NCBI GenBank assembly: GCA_963924565.1
Contig: OZ004608.1
Coordinates: 25,730,001 to 25,794,000 of the forward strand
Source of the DNA: Ascidiella aspersa
Lineage: Eukaryota
DNA: 64,000 nucleotides
Reading direction: 5' to 3'
The position numbers and the translations under genes were made by a program. The stretch's first letter is position 1. Each line of letters begins with the position of its first letter. A model generated the notes under the pieces. The model made no database searches, was not told the DNA's origin, and was given only the letters and a program-made list of their open reading frames with translations. Of this stretch, positions 1 through 15,500 are shown piece by piece.

Positions 1-3000
1 TAAAACAGTTTTAATATTTGTTAAATGAGTTGAACAGTTGAGTTGAAATATAAGCATTTTGCATTTAACATTGTTTCACATTACAGCGAGGTCGACCAAA
101 TAAAATATATTGTTTGTAAATTGTTATATTGGCAACCCGCAATACTTGTTTCACGATGTGATAAGATGATAAAATTTTGTGATGTCAGTTTTGAAAAATC
201 CCTTGGTTTCACGATTTTGTGGTATGCTTTAAATTATTATGCTCAGTAGCAAACCAACACAGTTAAGGCTATAATTAATTAGTTTTCATATGTTTGAAAC
301 TTAAGATGTGAGTTCAATTATTTGTCGGACCACTAAAAATAATTTCGGCTTTATAATTTTCAACAAAGTGGCGTAACGGCCACGCTTAATGCATCGCATG
401 GAATGTTGGTATGTCAAACTTTACCAAGCAGACAGAGTCAGAAGCAGTTACACCAAAAATGGATTCGTAGTAATATAATGCTTTCATTGGTAGGCTATAT
501 ACACAAAGCCATAATTATTTCTGACACATGTCCCTGACTTGATTAGGGTTACTGAGAACATTTGTAGGCAACAAGCTTCTGTTAAAACTTTTTGCATGTT
601 GCTGTACTCAGACCTAACCTATATGTACAAATCTTACCTTAGCACACTGGGCAGTGGTCACCCGAGCGCAAAACCTCTAAACAGGCACATTCACACATTT
701 AATTTTACCTTTTTGAAAACTTCGTGTCTTGCGTTACAGCTGTTTCTGTCGATGTTGGCATGATCGCAACTCAGGTTGAACTTTTACGAATAAATCTTGG
801 TTTTTATCGTGGTGTGCAGGTTATACACTTCACCACAGTAACGCTAACTCATAAGGCTGCAACGAGCCAAAACATTGCCCGTGGCAAAACGACATTGAAT
901 TATTGATGCCGAACGCGTTGATGCCTGCGGAGGGATAATACGGTTTACTTACTTGTGAAACATTTAGTTTTGTACAACTTGTTGATAATGACACGCCTTC
1001 CTACGTTTTATTTTGTTTCCACTTTGAGTAACAACTTAAGTTCCCCAACATCGCTTTTCACGCTTGAAAGGTGAATCAATCTGGCGTGGGATTTGCTAAA
1101 GGCAATGCGAACACCTGCTTAATTTTTTTACAAAGACGGTTACCTTCATAATAAAGCATTTCTAAGTTTGTGCAAAAAAAACAAGTTTGACGTTTAATTA
1201 AACCACAGTATCTAATTTTTACGAGTCAATGCCCAAGGATCATTATTTGCCCATTTTAGTTGCTTATTTGAGGACGACGCCGAACGATAAGCACAGGTTT
1301 CATAAGGTTGCTTGTTTCATGACTTAAAGCTGACTTTTTCACGTCACACCTGCAAATTGTTATGCGTCCGGTAAGAATAATATTTCCACTATATTGAGTC
1401 AACATTTTTGCTACTTTGCTGTTATTTAATTGTCGCTAGGTGGTGCTTAACTGAAACCAAACAAAAAGGCAAACTAAAAAAACTAATTAAAGCAAACGAA
1501 CACGTTCTTTTGACAATATTTTATTTAAAGTATGACCATTTGGATTTTATTTGCGAATTTATGGGTTAAACATGATACCAGCTCCCCCAACTGTCTAAAG
1601 TCTATATCTGTATAAGTTAAATTTAATACTAGTAAAACAAAACCATACCAAATGTTAACTTGTGCATTAGTAAATAGGTGTTAAAAAAATCACCAACTTT
1701 GTTATCAAGAATAAAACGCATCAAAACCAACGTGTCTGCCTCATCCCGTTTATTTTGAAGATGCGGTAAATGAAGTGACTCGCCCTTAAGGCAGTTTGAT
1801 TTAGATAAGAGGACCTTAGCAGCAAAGTATAGGTCGTCCTTGACTGGCGAGTAGCATCACATGAAACAAGTCTGCCGTTACGTGAACCCAAGCAACTTTC
1901 ATGCCATAAGCAATTTCTGTTCTTTTCCTATAATTAGGCGGCACAAACTGAATTTTCAGATTTTGAAAACTTGAAAAACTAGCGTAAAAGTTACAGTATA
2001 AAATAATTAAGGTTTTTCTTTGTAAATTAAACTGTGTGGAGGTTTTATGTGATTTATGTCCAAAGGTATAAATAGTAAAGGTAAATCATATTGCATATTT
2101 ATATATTATTATGTTTGAAATGTATCGATTCGTAAAGTGTTCGCTGTCATCGTACCGCATTCAACCTGGCGTATTCTGGCAAAAGCATTTTTTGCAAAAT
2201 TTTAGTTCGCATAAGCATACCAATCAAAGTCCCATACATTATTTGCGTATTATGAATGCCTTGCAAAGTTGATGAATATATTCCAGGTTGTGTTGTTTTA
2301 CGATTTTACATTCAAACCGGCTTCGCATATACCTCGCCTTCCTGTTGGTCATATGTTGATATTATTGCGCTTATAGAATGTGTTAATATTTGAATGCAAA
2401 TAGGATTGTATAAAACACATTTACCAGGACGCCATCGATATTTCCTCTTATTCAATACAAAGTTGTGCCAGAAGTACTACGTAATCTTATTTGATATCCC
2501 GTGGATGAAAATTAACGCGAATAGACTAATCGAGGAAAGGCAGCGAACAAACGAAGGTAGCAGAGAAAACGGGTCAAAAGTTGGCAAGATCAGACAAGTT
2601 CAAGAAAGATAAATCTCCAGGCAGGCGTACAAACGCCTACGCAACTCATGAAGCATTTGTGGCGCTATCGCCTACTGAATACCTGGAGCAGTTTCAGTCA
2701 GCCTAAAGCTGTTTCGAAAATAATTCTCCTTGTCTTGAACCGAAAACCAGTAATAGTATAACATAGTTTGCCGCTAAATTAACTACAGGAGCTAATCCCC
2801 GCGAAGAATTTACAATATTTTAAACAATTAGATATTTTAATCATATCTGTCTAATTGTCTTTTAAGTGAAGGGAAATGTTGTCAAACAAAAACTATTTTT
2901 TTAAAAAGAACAAAAATTAAGTCCACATTTTAAAAGTCGATCAAAATTATGCGTACTGCTATTTATTTGATATGAGCCTCCAAGGACCATAAATTACAAT

Positions 3001-3488
3001 ATTCAAACTAACAAAAGATTTGATGAGATATATTGATAAATAAGAATTGGACAGTTCACGTTTAATGTATTAATAATTTCAAAGCCTTCAATGAAACGGC
3101 ATGATTTTGCCGGAGGCATTATATATTTTTTTGCAGCCTAACTTCAGCAGATAAATAAAGAAATGCATGCGTTCTGAAGTTAGTCAAACAAAAGGTGGTC
3201 ACACTATAACATGCCTTATTTTGAATCGATGCTGAAAATAACCTGTCTTTCTATATTTAAAAAAACCTTGAAGGCAGTTTTTATAATACGCATATCATTA
3301 GATTTGAAGTTCTGATTATTCCGATATTCGATCAAACGTGTACACTGTACAGTATGTATGCTGCAGTACATAGCCTACAATAGCAGTTTATCGCAATCAT
3401 CTAAAAGTTACTCGTATTTTCTAAATGTGATTGTTCGGCACAGGTGTTGTATATATTTCTTTAAAGTGGGTAAAATCGACAGTAAATA

Positions 3489-3561
3489 ATGGCAGCATTC
3501 GCTGTGAAATTGTTCATCTGGTTCGTTGCTTTAAAGGTGGGAAAGTGCAACAGTCAGATAG
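3489..3561 (+). CDS. First coding exon, signal peptide MAAFAVKLFIWFVALKVGKCNS|QI
   Basis: ATG at 3489, hydrophobic core, small residues before the likely cleavage site, phase-1 donor G|gtacgt. It joins in frame to micro-exon 3786-3812 (ETSKSNAFS) and then domain 1. A candidate upstream acceptor 'cacag' ends at 3443. Confidence 0.65.
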
Positions 3562-6500
3562 GTACGTTTCAATATTTAAAAAGCTCTGCTGTTATTGTAT
3601 TATATTTTTCGTTTGCTAGTAAACAAACGCGACATACTGGATAACGTTAAACTCCGAAATGAATAAAAATAATAGAAGAACTTTTAAATTCGCAACTAAC
3701 CTAACTTTGTATCACTGCAAAGACCCCTATACATAAAACGACAAATATGGACTAATCATATAACTTTTGGTATTTAATATTTCAGAAACAAGCAAGAGCA
3801 ATGCTTTTTCAGGTAAACTTATATTTTTTGTTAAGCTTTAAAAGTATTAAACCTAATTTTGTTTTACCATGTATTAACCTAACTTTGTTTTACCCTGATT
3901 GGTTTAATCGTATACATTTAATCTTTTTAAGGGCCGTTTAATGTCAGTCAGGCCTTTGGGCGATGGCGAACGTTTGACACGACAGGCGGCGTCCCCAACT
4001 ACTTCAATTATACCTACGACGAATCGACGTCGAAAAGCATTTTGAATGGCGGGAAGGGCATGTACGATGGCGGAGGAAATATGGTAATCAATCAAACTTT
4101 AACATGGTTACGGGATAAGCATAAGGGCAAAGAAAATGCAAACTTACGCCCCCGAAGAAGCAAGCATATGCGTATGTTACCGTTATTGGGGTAAGGGAAG
4201 TAAAATGGGTTTCAACAAGAACAAAATTGTCTTTCCTTTTTAGTATATATATATATTTTATGTTCGGCTAATAGTAAACGAGTTATGTTCAGTGACACCA
4301 TAGCATTTAATAACAATTTTCCTTGTAGTACGCGGCCTTTCAACGTTGTAATACTTCGCTGTCAGATTAATACTTTAAACGCTCTTTGGATTGCAGAAAA
4401 CTAAGAAAATCGAAAAACCTTCATGCAATTCCACCCTCCCTGCAATACAATAATATCGTAGGTAGTATATCATAACTTATACCATAACTTGACAATCGTC
4501 CCTAATACACGACAGGGCAATAGGTTAATACAGAAGTTCAACATTTTTGTTCAACAATGTGCGTTTTAATCTGCAATGCTTGTCTACAAAGCTGTAATAA
4601 TACAAATAGTTATTTTTCAAATAACAAAACGTTGCGCGGAAAAACATCTCCCGAGGCACACAATTGGTGTGGCGCAGCACACAGCTTGAGAATCACTGCT
4701 TTAACGGGCTTGCTAATTGCTGTTTCAGATACGCTTTATCGTAAATGGAACGCCAACCAACGTCGTGTACAGTGAAACCTACGAGTAAGTAACATGTTTT
4801 GCACTGGGTGTTGTCTTTTCACTTTTATAAAAATACGCAAGTAAATGGTTAATCACACCACTGTGTGGTGTCTGGCCCAATAAAAACTTTAATACCACAC
4901 TTTGATTTAAAAATAACTGCCATAAAAAAACAAGTGATTTACAGCTTCGTTTAAATACGTTCTGAAAAGTTTACTTTTAAAAGTTAGCATTCAAAAAGTC
5001 ATCATAAAAGCTTTTTCTGATGACGTTGCACTTATGTGATAATGGAAATCACCTTGACCCTTGCAAGATAAAAGTTCATAACTCCTGATCAGTAATAGCA
5101 GAAAATGACGTTTTCAACTTTCGCCAGAAAATCCTCCCACGTGTTCTCGTCTTCGAAAACGTACCCGTTTCTCTTTGGTGGCTGGATATCTTCGATCAGC
5201 AACAGCAAGTTTGTGATTGAGGTATAAAGCTTGCGGTATTAGTCGACTCTTTTCCTCGCCAACCGTTTGGGAATGTTTCGTTCTGCTTGAGAATAACTTA
5301 ATTAATTTTCATTCCCATATTAAAAAATGGTTTTGTCCAGTGGCCAATTATGAATAAACAGACACTAGAGTAGCCTATATTAGTTCACACTAGAGGTGTC
5401 CGTAAATTTTATTTCGTTACCGGTATTACGTATAGCAGGGGTCGGCAACCTTTATTGCACTGCGGACCGGTTTTAAATCTGAAATTTTGTTACGGACCGG
5501 CTTTCAAAAAAATATCTGTTCAGTAAAAGAAATTTATTACAATTTTTTTCAATGCGATCTTTAAACTTGTTTTGCCGCAACATGATGCTCGTTTCTAGGA
5601 ATTATTAAACTTAATGAAACCCACGTGCGTTTTTTTTTCGGCCCGTCAAGCAATTAAACCCAGGCCGCGGCTCATTTCAAGCCGCTTTTATAGGCCTTAA
5701 AATGTTGTATTGAATAAGTTACACTTGTTGGCTATACCATTATCACCTATCCCAACTCTTACCAGCTTGTCAGAAAAAGGATAATTAAAGCATTCATTTA
5801 AATTTTAAAATAAGTCACACATTTCGGATCTATTTTTTGTACAGGCCCCAAACGACACTTTTTGTTTCCATAGCAGACGAAACGACTAAATACTTATAGT
5901 GACAATACAAAAAACGTATATGAACCACAGACTGACACCTGAAAAGTATAGAATAGACATTCGTACAAGACTTGCCAGATTGTTTACACCAAATTTAAAA
6001 AAATCTGGCTTTTTCAACGGGGTTGATGTCACAAAATTCATTCAGCATTTTGGCTTTTTTCTATCCTTTTTATAGAGGTTTGCTAAAGCTAATTAAAATA
6101 CATACATGTTTTTCGAAACCTTTTCTGCTTAAATATCAAAATAATAAATCATTTCATTATGTGACATTGTTTATAAATATTGTTTGCATGAATTTATTCT
6201 ATTTCACTTGAACATCAAAAACATGATATTTTAGCCCATTTTTCGATGTATTGTCATGAGGAGATTTTGCAATAAAAATATGCATTTTTGGATGCAACTC
6301 ATATGGCCACAGCACACTTGTTTTGAACCTCACGCGAGCTAATTGTTATTTTTCATCATACCAAACAATCATGAAGTATATTTAAACGAAAGTTAATGTA
6401 TTTGGAATATAAAAATACAGTTAATTGTTTTTTTACTTGTCCGGCTTTTTATGCACAGTTCGGGTTTAAATCAAAGTTTTGATTTGGCAACCCTGCTACG

Positions 6501-9500
6501 CCGGTAACGAACTTCTCGCGGACCGGCACCGGTCCGCGGACCGGCGGTTGCCGACCACTGACGTATAGGACAAAAAACGCATCGTGATCTTATATGATAG
6601 AAAAGTACGTCATTGCTATGCTAACCCAAGGAAAGTAGATTAAATAGAACCTTTAAATGTTTCGTCTTTTGTGATTGACCCAAATTTAGTTTGGCAAGAA
6701 GTTGAATTACCTCCAGGTATAAACCCCTTTTAAACTTGCTAAAAAATACCGTTCCAGATATGATTTGCTTGGTTGGACTGCAATTTTTTTATTAAATATT
6801 AATTTGGTATTGGATCGGCACCAACACGAACGAGTTTTAATACTACCTACCTAGTTTGCATTTAAACGAACAAAAATTCATATTGCCAAGCTTTTGTGTT
6901 TCATTTAGTAAAACAATATGGTCACGGTACCGCTCCGGTCGCTCCTTCAAAAATATATGACTTTATATTGGGTACTGTAGGATAATACAAAATTAGGAAT
7001 TAGTGAGATTGTTTTTGGTAAGCGTGGTACTATCATTACCGAGTTTTCCCCCATCAATGCGGTAATAAAGTATTGAACCATCACTGTCCAGAACAAACTT
7101 TAATGACAGCAAGTGCTTTTCCAGGTTTCTTCCAACTTCGGTTTTCCTGTTGCCGGAAGGGTTATCCAATTCAACGGATCCTTTCTTATTGGCGACCTTA
7201 GTTCCGTGGAATACGTAGTGTTTCAGTACGACAACGCACAAAGGGGACCGTCTGTTTGTGAAGTCTTCTTCACTTACACATATAGACTTCCCTGGGACGC
7301 CATGATAGAACGGGTATGTTTTTTATTATTATTTATATTTAACCAAAGATAGAACAAAAAAAATTTGATTGCATTTAATTGCTCGAAAAAACCTTTACGA
7401 ATTTATTTGCCCCAGAAATCGTTGACCTTGCATACTGGTAATAAAGCGGGAAATGGCATATCTGTACAATCTGCCGTTCTTTTGATAGAAAATTTGCCAC
7501 GCGGCACCTTCTTTGGATATACCCTGCTTTCAAAGTAAGTCGGTTAGATCTTTTTGATAAATTCGTTAAGCATTTACTTGCTTTTAAAGAAACTTCAGGA
7601 AATAAATGCAAGCCCATCAAAAAACTTTAAGACTAGGCGTTATTGTTTCGGAGACGGATTGATTTAGCAGGTGGCACGATGGACAAAAAAATTAGCACGT
7701 TGCACGTTAAACGGATATATCTGAGGGCGGAGTTCATGAAATTGTCCAACCTGGATTTAAGTTAATAAACAGTGTAATAAGAACATTAACGTTATTACTT
7801 TAGCAGCTATAAAATCTTTAAACGATGTAAAAGTTCACGTATATTAATTAAGATTGTTATATTATACTTTTAAAGACTGCCTTAGAACTGAAGGCTCCTT
7901 TAGGCCACTCCACTTCCTTCTTGTTCCGTTTTGTCATTAAACCGTATTCTGTTTTGTCATTAAAAGTGAACTAAATCTGTACTTTGAAGTAATAGTTTTG
8001 CTGTAAGTTAACACTAATTAAGGGCCAGAAATGAATTGAAAGTAAATTAGGAGAACAATGTCAGTAAAAGTGGCCCGCGCCGTAAAAAAAACGGTTGAAA
8101 ATTACTAGCATTATAGTAAATAGAATTTAACGATTTTTCGCTGCAGATATTTTGCAATCTGGCGTGACTTTTCGCATGTTTCAATCGCAACGAACTAATA
8201 TAATATTTAGGTGATTTAAGTATTCCTTTCGGTGATAAAAATATTTTAAGCTGTATGTTATCTATTCCAGAAAAGAAGGTGATACTGTAACAAAGCATGA
8301 AGTCGAAACTATGCTAGGATCGATAAATGCATTGACTTCTAGAAGTGTAGATTTCTTAACGCTTCTCAATGGTAAGTTTAAAATTTATTGTTTAGAGTCC
8401 TAAAATATATAATCAGTTATTAAATTCATGAAAAAATAGTTGTTAATATATTTCAATTTAACCTTTCGACTTTGCTAAACCTTAAGATAAATTAAAGTCG
8501 GCCTATTTAAACCAAATATAAGGCAAATGTTTCACACATGCATTTTGCTTACGCTTAATGAGAACACCATTTTTCAAGGATTATTTGTATTATGACGTCA
8601 TGTTATGACGTAAATTTGCGAAATCTTTCATGAAAATTTCAAAAGCAAAAATTCTGGAACGCTCCTGAACAGGATGCAGCAGGCCATGGTGTTTACTGTT
8701 ACAGTTCACTAAGCACGTATAACTCAGGCGGTATAGATCAGGGGTGGCCAACCAATTAGAGACCAAGAGCCGCAGTTTTTTACTGATTAACCGCTAAGAG
8801 CCACACCTTTCACAAGTACAGATCTAAACTTACAAATGCCTTACTAAGGGTATAGGATTATTATAAATGTTGCACACTAACAACATTGTGTAGGCTACAT
8901 TTAACGATTTTAAGGCACTCTGCAGGAAAGTTAAACAAATTTAGCGCAAAACGCGTGATTTTTTTTCACTAAAAACTGAAACTCAAATATAACCTGAACG
9001 TAAGAGCCGCATGAAACTGGTTGAAGAGCCGCCGTGTTGGCCACCCCTGGTATGAATAGAGCGAACGTCCCGGTTTGGCCGAGTTGCGAGTTTTTCAACC
9101 TCAACACCAGGGCGGATCCCTAAACTGATTTTTTTGCCAATTTGAACAACGTAAATGCGATTGTGATACTGCTATGTATAAGCCTATTTTGTAAAATCGT
9201 TTTAGCCCCAAAGGCGTCGTGAGCCTCATCGCACCCTTGAGAATGACACTTTTGGCAACTTAAACGATATGGAAGCGTTCTTTCGCTTGGCACGAAACGA
9301 TAACATCTCTATAATGTAGATTTTATATTAGAAGCAACACTTACGCAAACGAACTATTTGTGTGCTTTTCGTAAGAGACTTCTGTACGACGTCACGTTGA
9401 ATGTAACTTTGTGACGTCACGTTATTAGATAAATTTGTAACATCATGTATGAAAAAATTCATAGCCCCCTTAAACAAAATACTTAGATCCGGCCCTGCTC

Positions 9501-12500
9501 AACACATAGTATATTTTGTAGCCTGTCTTGCTTGCACTACAATTCGGATTGAGCCGCCTGCTTTCTGCAAGCCTTGCTGAAGGCATCTGGCGTACTCATG
9601 TATATATAGGTTTGCATGCTGAAATACACCCATTTTACCAACGCTAAAAATGTTATTATTTTATCAATTTTCACATCAATACATCACACAGGAATCGAAA
9701 GCAGTGGCGTTGATATGTTCGGTATGTAATTGTGTTAACTTACTAAAACACTCACCGATAAATACGAATGTTACTAGAAAAGTACTTTTATTAATTTCAG
9801 GACCAACAGTATTTTATTCTAATACCGCTTTTCATTACTTGGGTTAAAACGTATTTTGACTTAACCAAGCCAAAAATTAATCTCGTACGCCTTATATGTG
9901 CCAAATTATCAGCTTTTGATGATCGTTAAAATTTGTGAAACAATTAACCCAAACTAACCAAAAACAAATATATATACATAATTATAATTACTTATGGTTT
10001 TGATTACTAGTTAAGCGCGCGGTCAAAATTTGTTTTAACCAAAAATATATTGTAGTCAAATGGGAATGTTACGAACTGCAAAAACAACAGGGTTTTCGGT
10101 CCGATAATATTGCACTTTACTGTTCTTCCCACTGTACATTTAACTATTTACATGATTTCATAAGAAAAAAATTGTAACAATTCTAATAAGCGCTGTTATC
10201 CCCCTAATATTTTGTTGATAGATTTCGAAAATTTCGAAGATTTCGATCTTCCTCAGCCTGATTTGGACTCCATAGCAAACTTTTACGGTAATTGACGTCA
10301 TTTTGATGTTGTGCTCGTATTTGACGTGATTCTGTCATGTTAGGCTATCATTCACAAAAAGTGGCCAGCCGGTTAGATCAGGCCTGCAGGTTTCGATTCT
10401 AAGTCTGCAAAAACTTTAATGATTTCGATTATAAGGTTGTATTTGTTTTAAATGGAAAAGATTGTCAGATGGCAAACTACGAAAAATTTAAATAAATTTT
10501 AAGCTCAGCATATTAATTTTAAGTGTTTTTTTCGTTTTATTGGGTCACATAAGGTCACTACAAATTCTTGAGTTCGTCCCTTGAGTTCGGGACACGATCC
10601 TTTAAACACATTGTATGGATGAAATTGACTTTGTGTTCTCGAGCAAGAAATTTATTGTAGTGCGACAGTCAGTAAATACGGCAAGGGCAAATGCACACCA
10701 AGTTCTCGCATTATTAAAGTGAGTTGGCGGGAAGCCGAACTGAAGCAACTTTTTCGCTGCCAACACATCGCTCCATAATTCAGCTCAAAAGAGCTGCGAC
10801 AATTGAATTTCTGCCATCTCCTAACTGTAGAGTTATCCAGCCCGCGAACATAGAATTCTACGGCTCCCAACATTTTTGGTGACCCCCTACTCTACATGAC
10901 TCATAAAGTATTATAAAACAGTTTAGATTATCTTATTCAACTTTTTTCCACATTTTTTCTTCTATTAACCGTTATACTTTATACTTTGTTTTTGATGTAC
11001 AACAATTGAAGTTAGACTGTCGTTTTTTCAGAAACTACAGCGGATTTGATTCCGGCATCCACAACAAACGCGTTGTCATCTTCACCAAGAGCAGGTCAGG
11101 TTTCAACGAAAAGTTAACATCTCACTTTACAATCATCCCTAAATAATGTATATCGTTATTCAGCGTTACAACAGTAAACTAAACCATTCATTAAAACGTG
11201 GCTTCTTGACATATCATATTTGCTTGCCACGCAGGCCACAGATGGTTTACGTTAATTTAATTTTATAGAAACCAACGCTGCTGCGCGACTTCGTCAATTC
11301 TTGCTGAAGCACTCTGAAAATATCAGTAGCTCAGTGGCGGACTTTTACAAATACAGATACGACCAACTGTCAAATGTTCCCCCAGACAGACAGAATATGA
11401 CCCAGATTAATGACGGAGGCCGCGACATGTACGATGGTGGCAACCGGGTAAACTTTAACCAGTGTTGTAAAAAAGTTTATTTAAAATGGCTGAAGTCTCA
11501 GTCAAGTTATGTGTAAAATAACTTAGGTCCAAGTCAAGTATTTTTAATTAGTGACAAGTCGAGTCCCAGTCCAAGTCATCAGTTGCGCAAGTCAAGTCTC
11601 CGTCATGTCAGAATAAAAGCAAGTCAACTTCAAGTCACGTCCTTTAAGACTATAGTACGATTTTGAACAATAAATGAACTGAAAAATAAGAAAAACGCAA
11701 CATATAGCAAGCAATTTGTTTTATGTGCAAACATTTGGATAAATATCTTAATTATATAAAAAAAAAATCATTAAAGAAAACACTTCATTTCAAGTCAAGT
11801 CATTGTGCCTAAAAGTCAATTCATTTAAAAACAGTGACTTAAGTAATTACAACACTGCGTATAATTATATATGTTATAGAAACATTTAATAAAATCTTAT
11901 AAAATATTTCGCTACCAAACGCCAGCTAGTAATAACAGTTTATTTAGCTATTTTTTGATCAACCGTTTTATAAATAATCTTGGTAGTTATATCGGGCTTT
12001 CCGCAATACTAAGCAAAATGAAAAAAATACAAGAAGTATTCACAACGCGTGAATAACAAACTGGAACAACGTTTAAAAATGGAAACATCTCTGGCATAAA
12101 GAAATCCTTTTTGAAAGAGATTAGAATATGCTAAGCTTAAATAAATATGCATAACGGCCCTGGAAGCTGCTTGGTTTCCAATAAAAAACGACAATTTTTA
12201 ACTCTAACACCTTTACCTCTAATTACATTTTAAAGGTCCGATTTTCTGTTGGGTACAACGAAACATTGGCAATTTATAATCACAACTACACGTAAGTAAA
12301 TTGTTTGTAGATAACAATTGGTCTTTTTTGCTTAACGCATTCTTCGGTATTTTCCCGATACCACCCGGTTCGATTTGTTTTAGACGCTTGTAGCGCTCAA
12401 GTTAGGATCGGGGCTTTGAAGCGTCTGTGTTAAAACGTGTTAGAAATTTTACGCTTCATGCGGACTGTGTTACAACTGGATACAAGTGAACAGCGCATGC

Positions 12501-15500
12501 GCGGACTAATCATCCATAACGAAACGTTGCCAAGCCATACAGACTACAATTTTGTTATCCTACAGTTCTGTATATTATAAATGTTTACAATTTTACCTAG
12601 TTAATAGCAGGTTTTTATTGTTTCTAAAGCATTGGTAATTCAGCATAAGTAAAATTACTTTGGAAATGGCTTTGTTTTTCGGCTAAGGAAATGTATTTAA
12701 TTATACACGTTGTCTGTAGCCTACTGCTGAATAATGCTGTTCCTGATTATCATTTTTCATACTAAATTTGAGCGCTACAAGCGTTTAAAACAAATCGACA
12801 CGGTGCCCATACAATATATAACTCAAACAGAAAGAGAATAGCTGTTAAAAATATTCTTACATTTTAGCAGGTAAACTTTGTTATGGTTTCGACACAATTA
12901 GTTTTGTCGCATTTTTATATGAGTCTAAAAACAGGATGGTGCTGTTTTTACCAACAATATTTTCCATGGAGAGCATTTCTGTGGTAAACGTTTGTTGTAT
13001 TTACAGCGGAGACGGATACACTTTTACTTCGCTTGTTGGTTACCCTTTCATTTCCTTCTTCTTTATCGAATCCAAGAAGCAGCAAGAAGCAGCCAATAAT
13101 AACTACACTATATCGGTAAAGCACTTAAAGGGTGACATTTAGTATAGTGGACATTTTTCTTGTGTAATCTTGTTAACTAAAAAATCCATGAATAAGATTG
13201 CGGTTGCGATGTATATAGATTTTATGTTGTACAAAACTATTTGGCTCTTGTAATACGAAAAATATGTCGTTTTTTTGTAACTTAACTCGTGCTGTGATGT
13301 GCAAGAGTTTTTTAAGTATAACATTATTGCAGGTTGAATCTAATCTGGGAGCGGACGGTGGAGGATCTTATGCTTTCTTCTCAACTGCGCTTGACAAACC
13401 GTCATCCGTGACTTACAAGAATTACACAATTGAGTTCGAGGGAATCCAGGTTTTCGGATCAGAAGATGCGACGGTGTGCGAGGTTTTCTTTGAGGTCAAC
13501 TTATCGCCGGTTAGTCACGAGTTGCATAAATAACAGCTTCTACAAATGTCGAAAATAGTAATCTTCTATATAAAGGCTCTTACAATGTTTAATCTAGAGG
13601 AATCAGATGGACCTACTTTGACCTGATGAAGCACGGTTGTGCGAAAGCTTGGCGATAACTCAATACAATTTGTCTTCATACAGTGCCACCGTATTCCTCT
13701 AATTAGAAATAGACAAATACGGCTATTTACAAAGAATGTTGAATCTGTGATTCCTTTATTCTGTTAATTTAAAACATTTCCGCGACTTTTAGATGGTGTT
13801 AAATAACTTTTTCTATTTTCTGCTACTGCACGCAATGCAAGGTATAGCTTGAAAGTGATCTTTGTTTTGCAGTAATTTTGGTTTTCATATACCGAAAGTC
13901 CAAAATGGTGTAAATAGTAATTTAACACTTTATGTAAAACTGATATAAAGACATACTCGCGATCCCTTAACGCAAGCTAAAACAGGGTCTATAATATCAC
14001 TTTAGGAAGCTCTGACATATATAGTGATTACAACTTTTGTAGTTGTCAAATGACACAAATTGTAATTTTATAGTTCAGTAGTAGTAAATTACCGTAAGAT
14101 GTTGGTTGCCGTTTATACTTCTGATCATTGTATCCCACTTTTAGGCGCATGTTTTAAAGCAACAAATTGTACTTGTTATAGGTAAAAATGTATAATTTGA
14201 GTTTCCAAGCACTATCTAAAACAACCCGTGAAATGAACAATAAGGCATTCCTTGAAGGTCAAGTGAAAAACGCCGTGTTTGGATTCGTGTTGCTGTCGAA
14301 GTAAGACTGTAATGTTCATTCTATCATGTATGACATAATTAGATCTTCCAACTATTAAACAAAACTATGCTTATCATTTACATCGAATGTTCAACTTTTA
14401 GTGGCCATTATAAAACATAATTTAAAAAATAATTCCATTTGATTTAAGTTACTTGGTATAGGTAAAAATTCTTAGAGGCCTGCAGCAGACAATCAACCTT
14501 AAAATTATTTTCTGCACAAATGTTTAAAAATGTTAGTCAAACTGTTATTAAACCCCGCTTCTTTATTGTGAGCCTTTGATATACTCAACAAAGATAATGT
14601 TTGTATAGTTATCCTTCCCGAAGAATTTCGATGACTGAGTTACAAAATGCAATGAAAAACCTCCTTAAGACTATCGTCGAATCTGTAGAATTTGTTCCAG
14701 GTAAGAAAAATAAATTACCTGCTGACGAACACGTCACAATACTATATTAGAATTGACAACAGCATGACATATAGGATTCCACCACCAGCTAGTATGATGA
14801 AGTTAACTGTTATATCGTATGACGTACGTGAGCATTGGGATTTTTGACTTACTAAATATAGATCAATGAAACTAATCAACGGACACGCCGTCGAGAAAGT
14901 TGCACAGTTACTTCAAAGTGCTATGCTGATATGCTTTGTAAAATGTAATCTCGCTGATAGAGTTTGCTTTCTACTCGTTGTACTGTCATCCTTGTCAAAA
15001 GTTCAGTGATTCTGTTCAATGAAGAGTATTCCACACACAAAGATTCCAACAGTTAAAAGTGATTGCGCCTAAAAAATTTTATTTAACAACCAATGTGACC
15101 TCGTGATCATAAATATTGTCTTCCTTACATTGAAAAACCATTGCACGACCCTGTTCTGGAGTAAACCGCTATAGTGTTTGGCAATTTCGTTCAATAAAAT
15201 ATTCGTGATTTTTGCATCAATTTTGGCTTTGAAATGACTTGTTTGTTAAAATTGTTTTACATAACAGCTAACTGATATGTATGTTATATTTTGTCTGATT
15301 TCTACTCTCTTTTAAAAATTACTTATCAACGTAACAGTTGTGCAAGCCACGTCCGCCGCATCGACGACCTCCTCAACCTTCTTGTCGTCCAGCCGGACAG
15401 ATACAACATCACCAAGTTATGTGCTAACATCACCAAATAACGTACCTGTGTCATTGAGTAATGTACCTGTGTCTCCGAGCAGTACTGGTTCAATCATACA

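Noticed and set aside
43-3430. Short ORFs in the first 3.4 kb
   Set aside because: No recognisable protein features or consistent exon chain. Treated as upstream or UTR-intron sequence.
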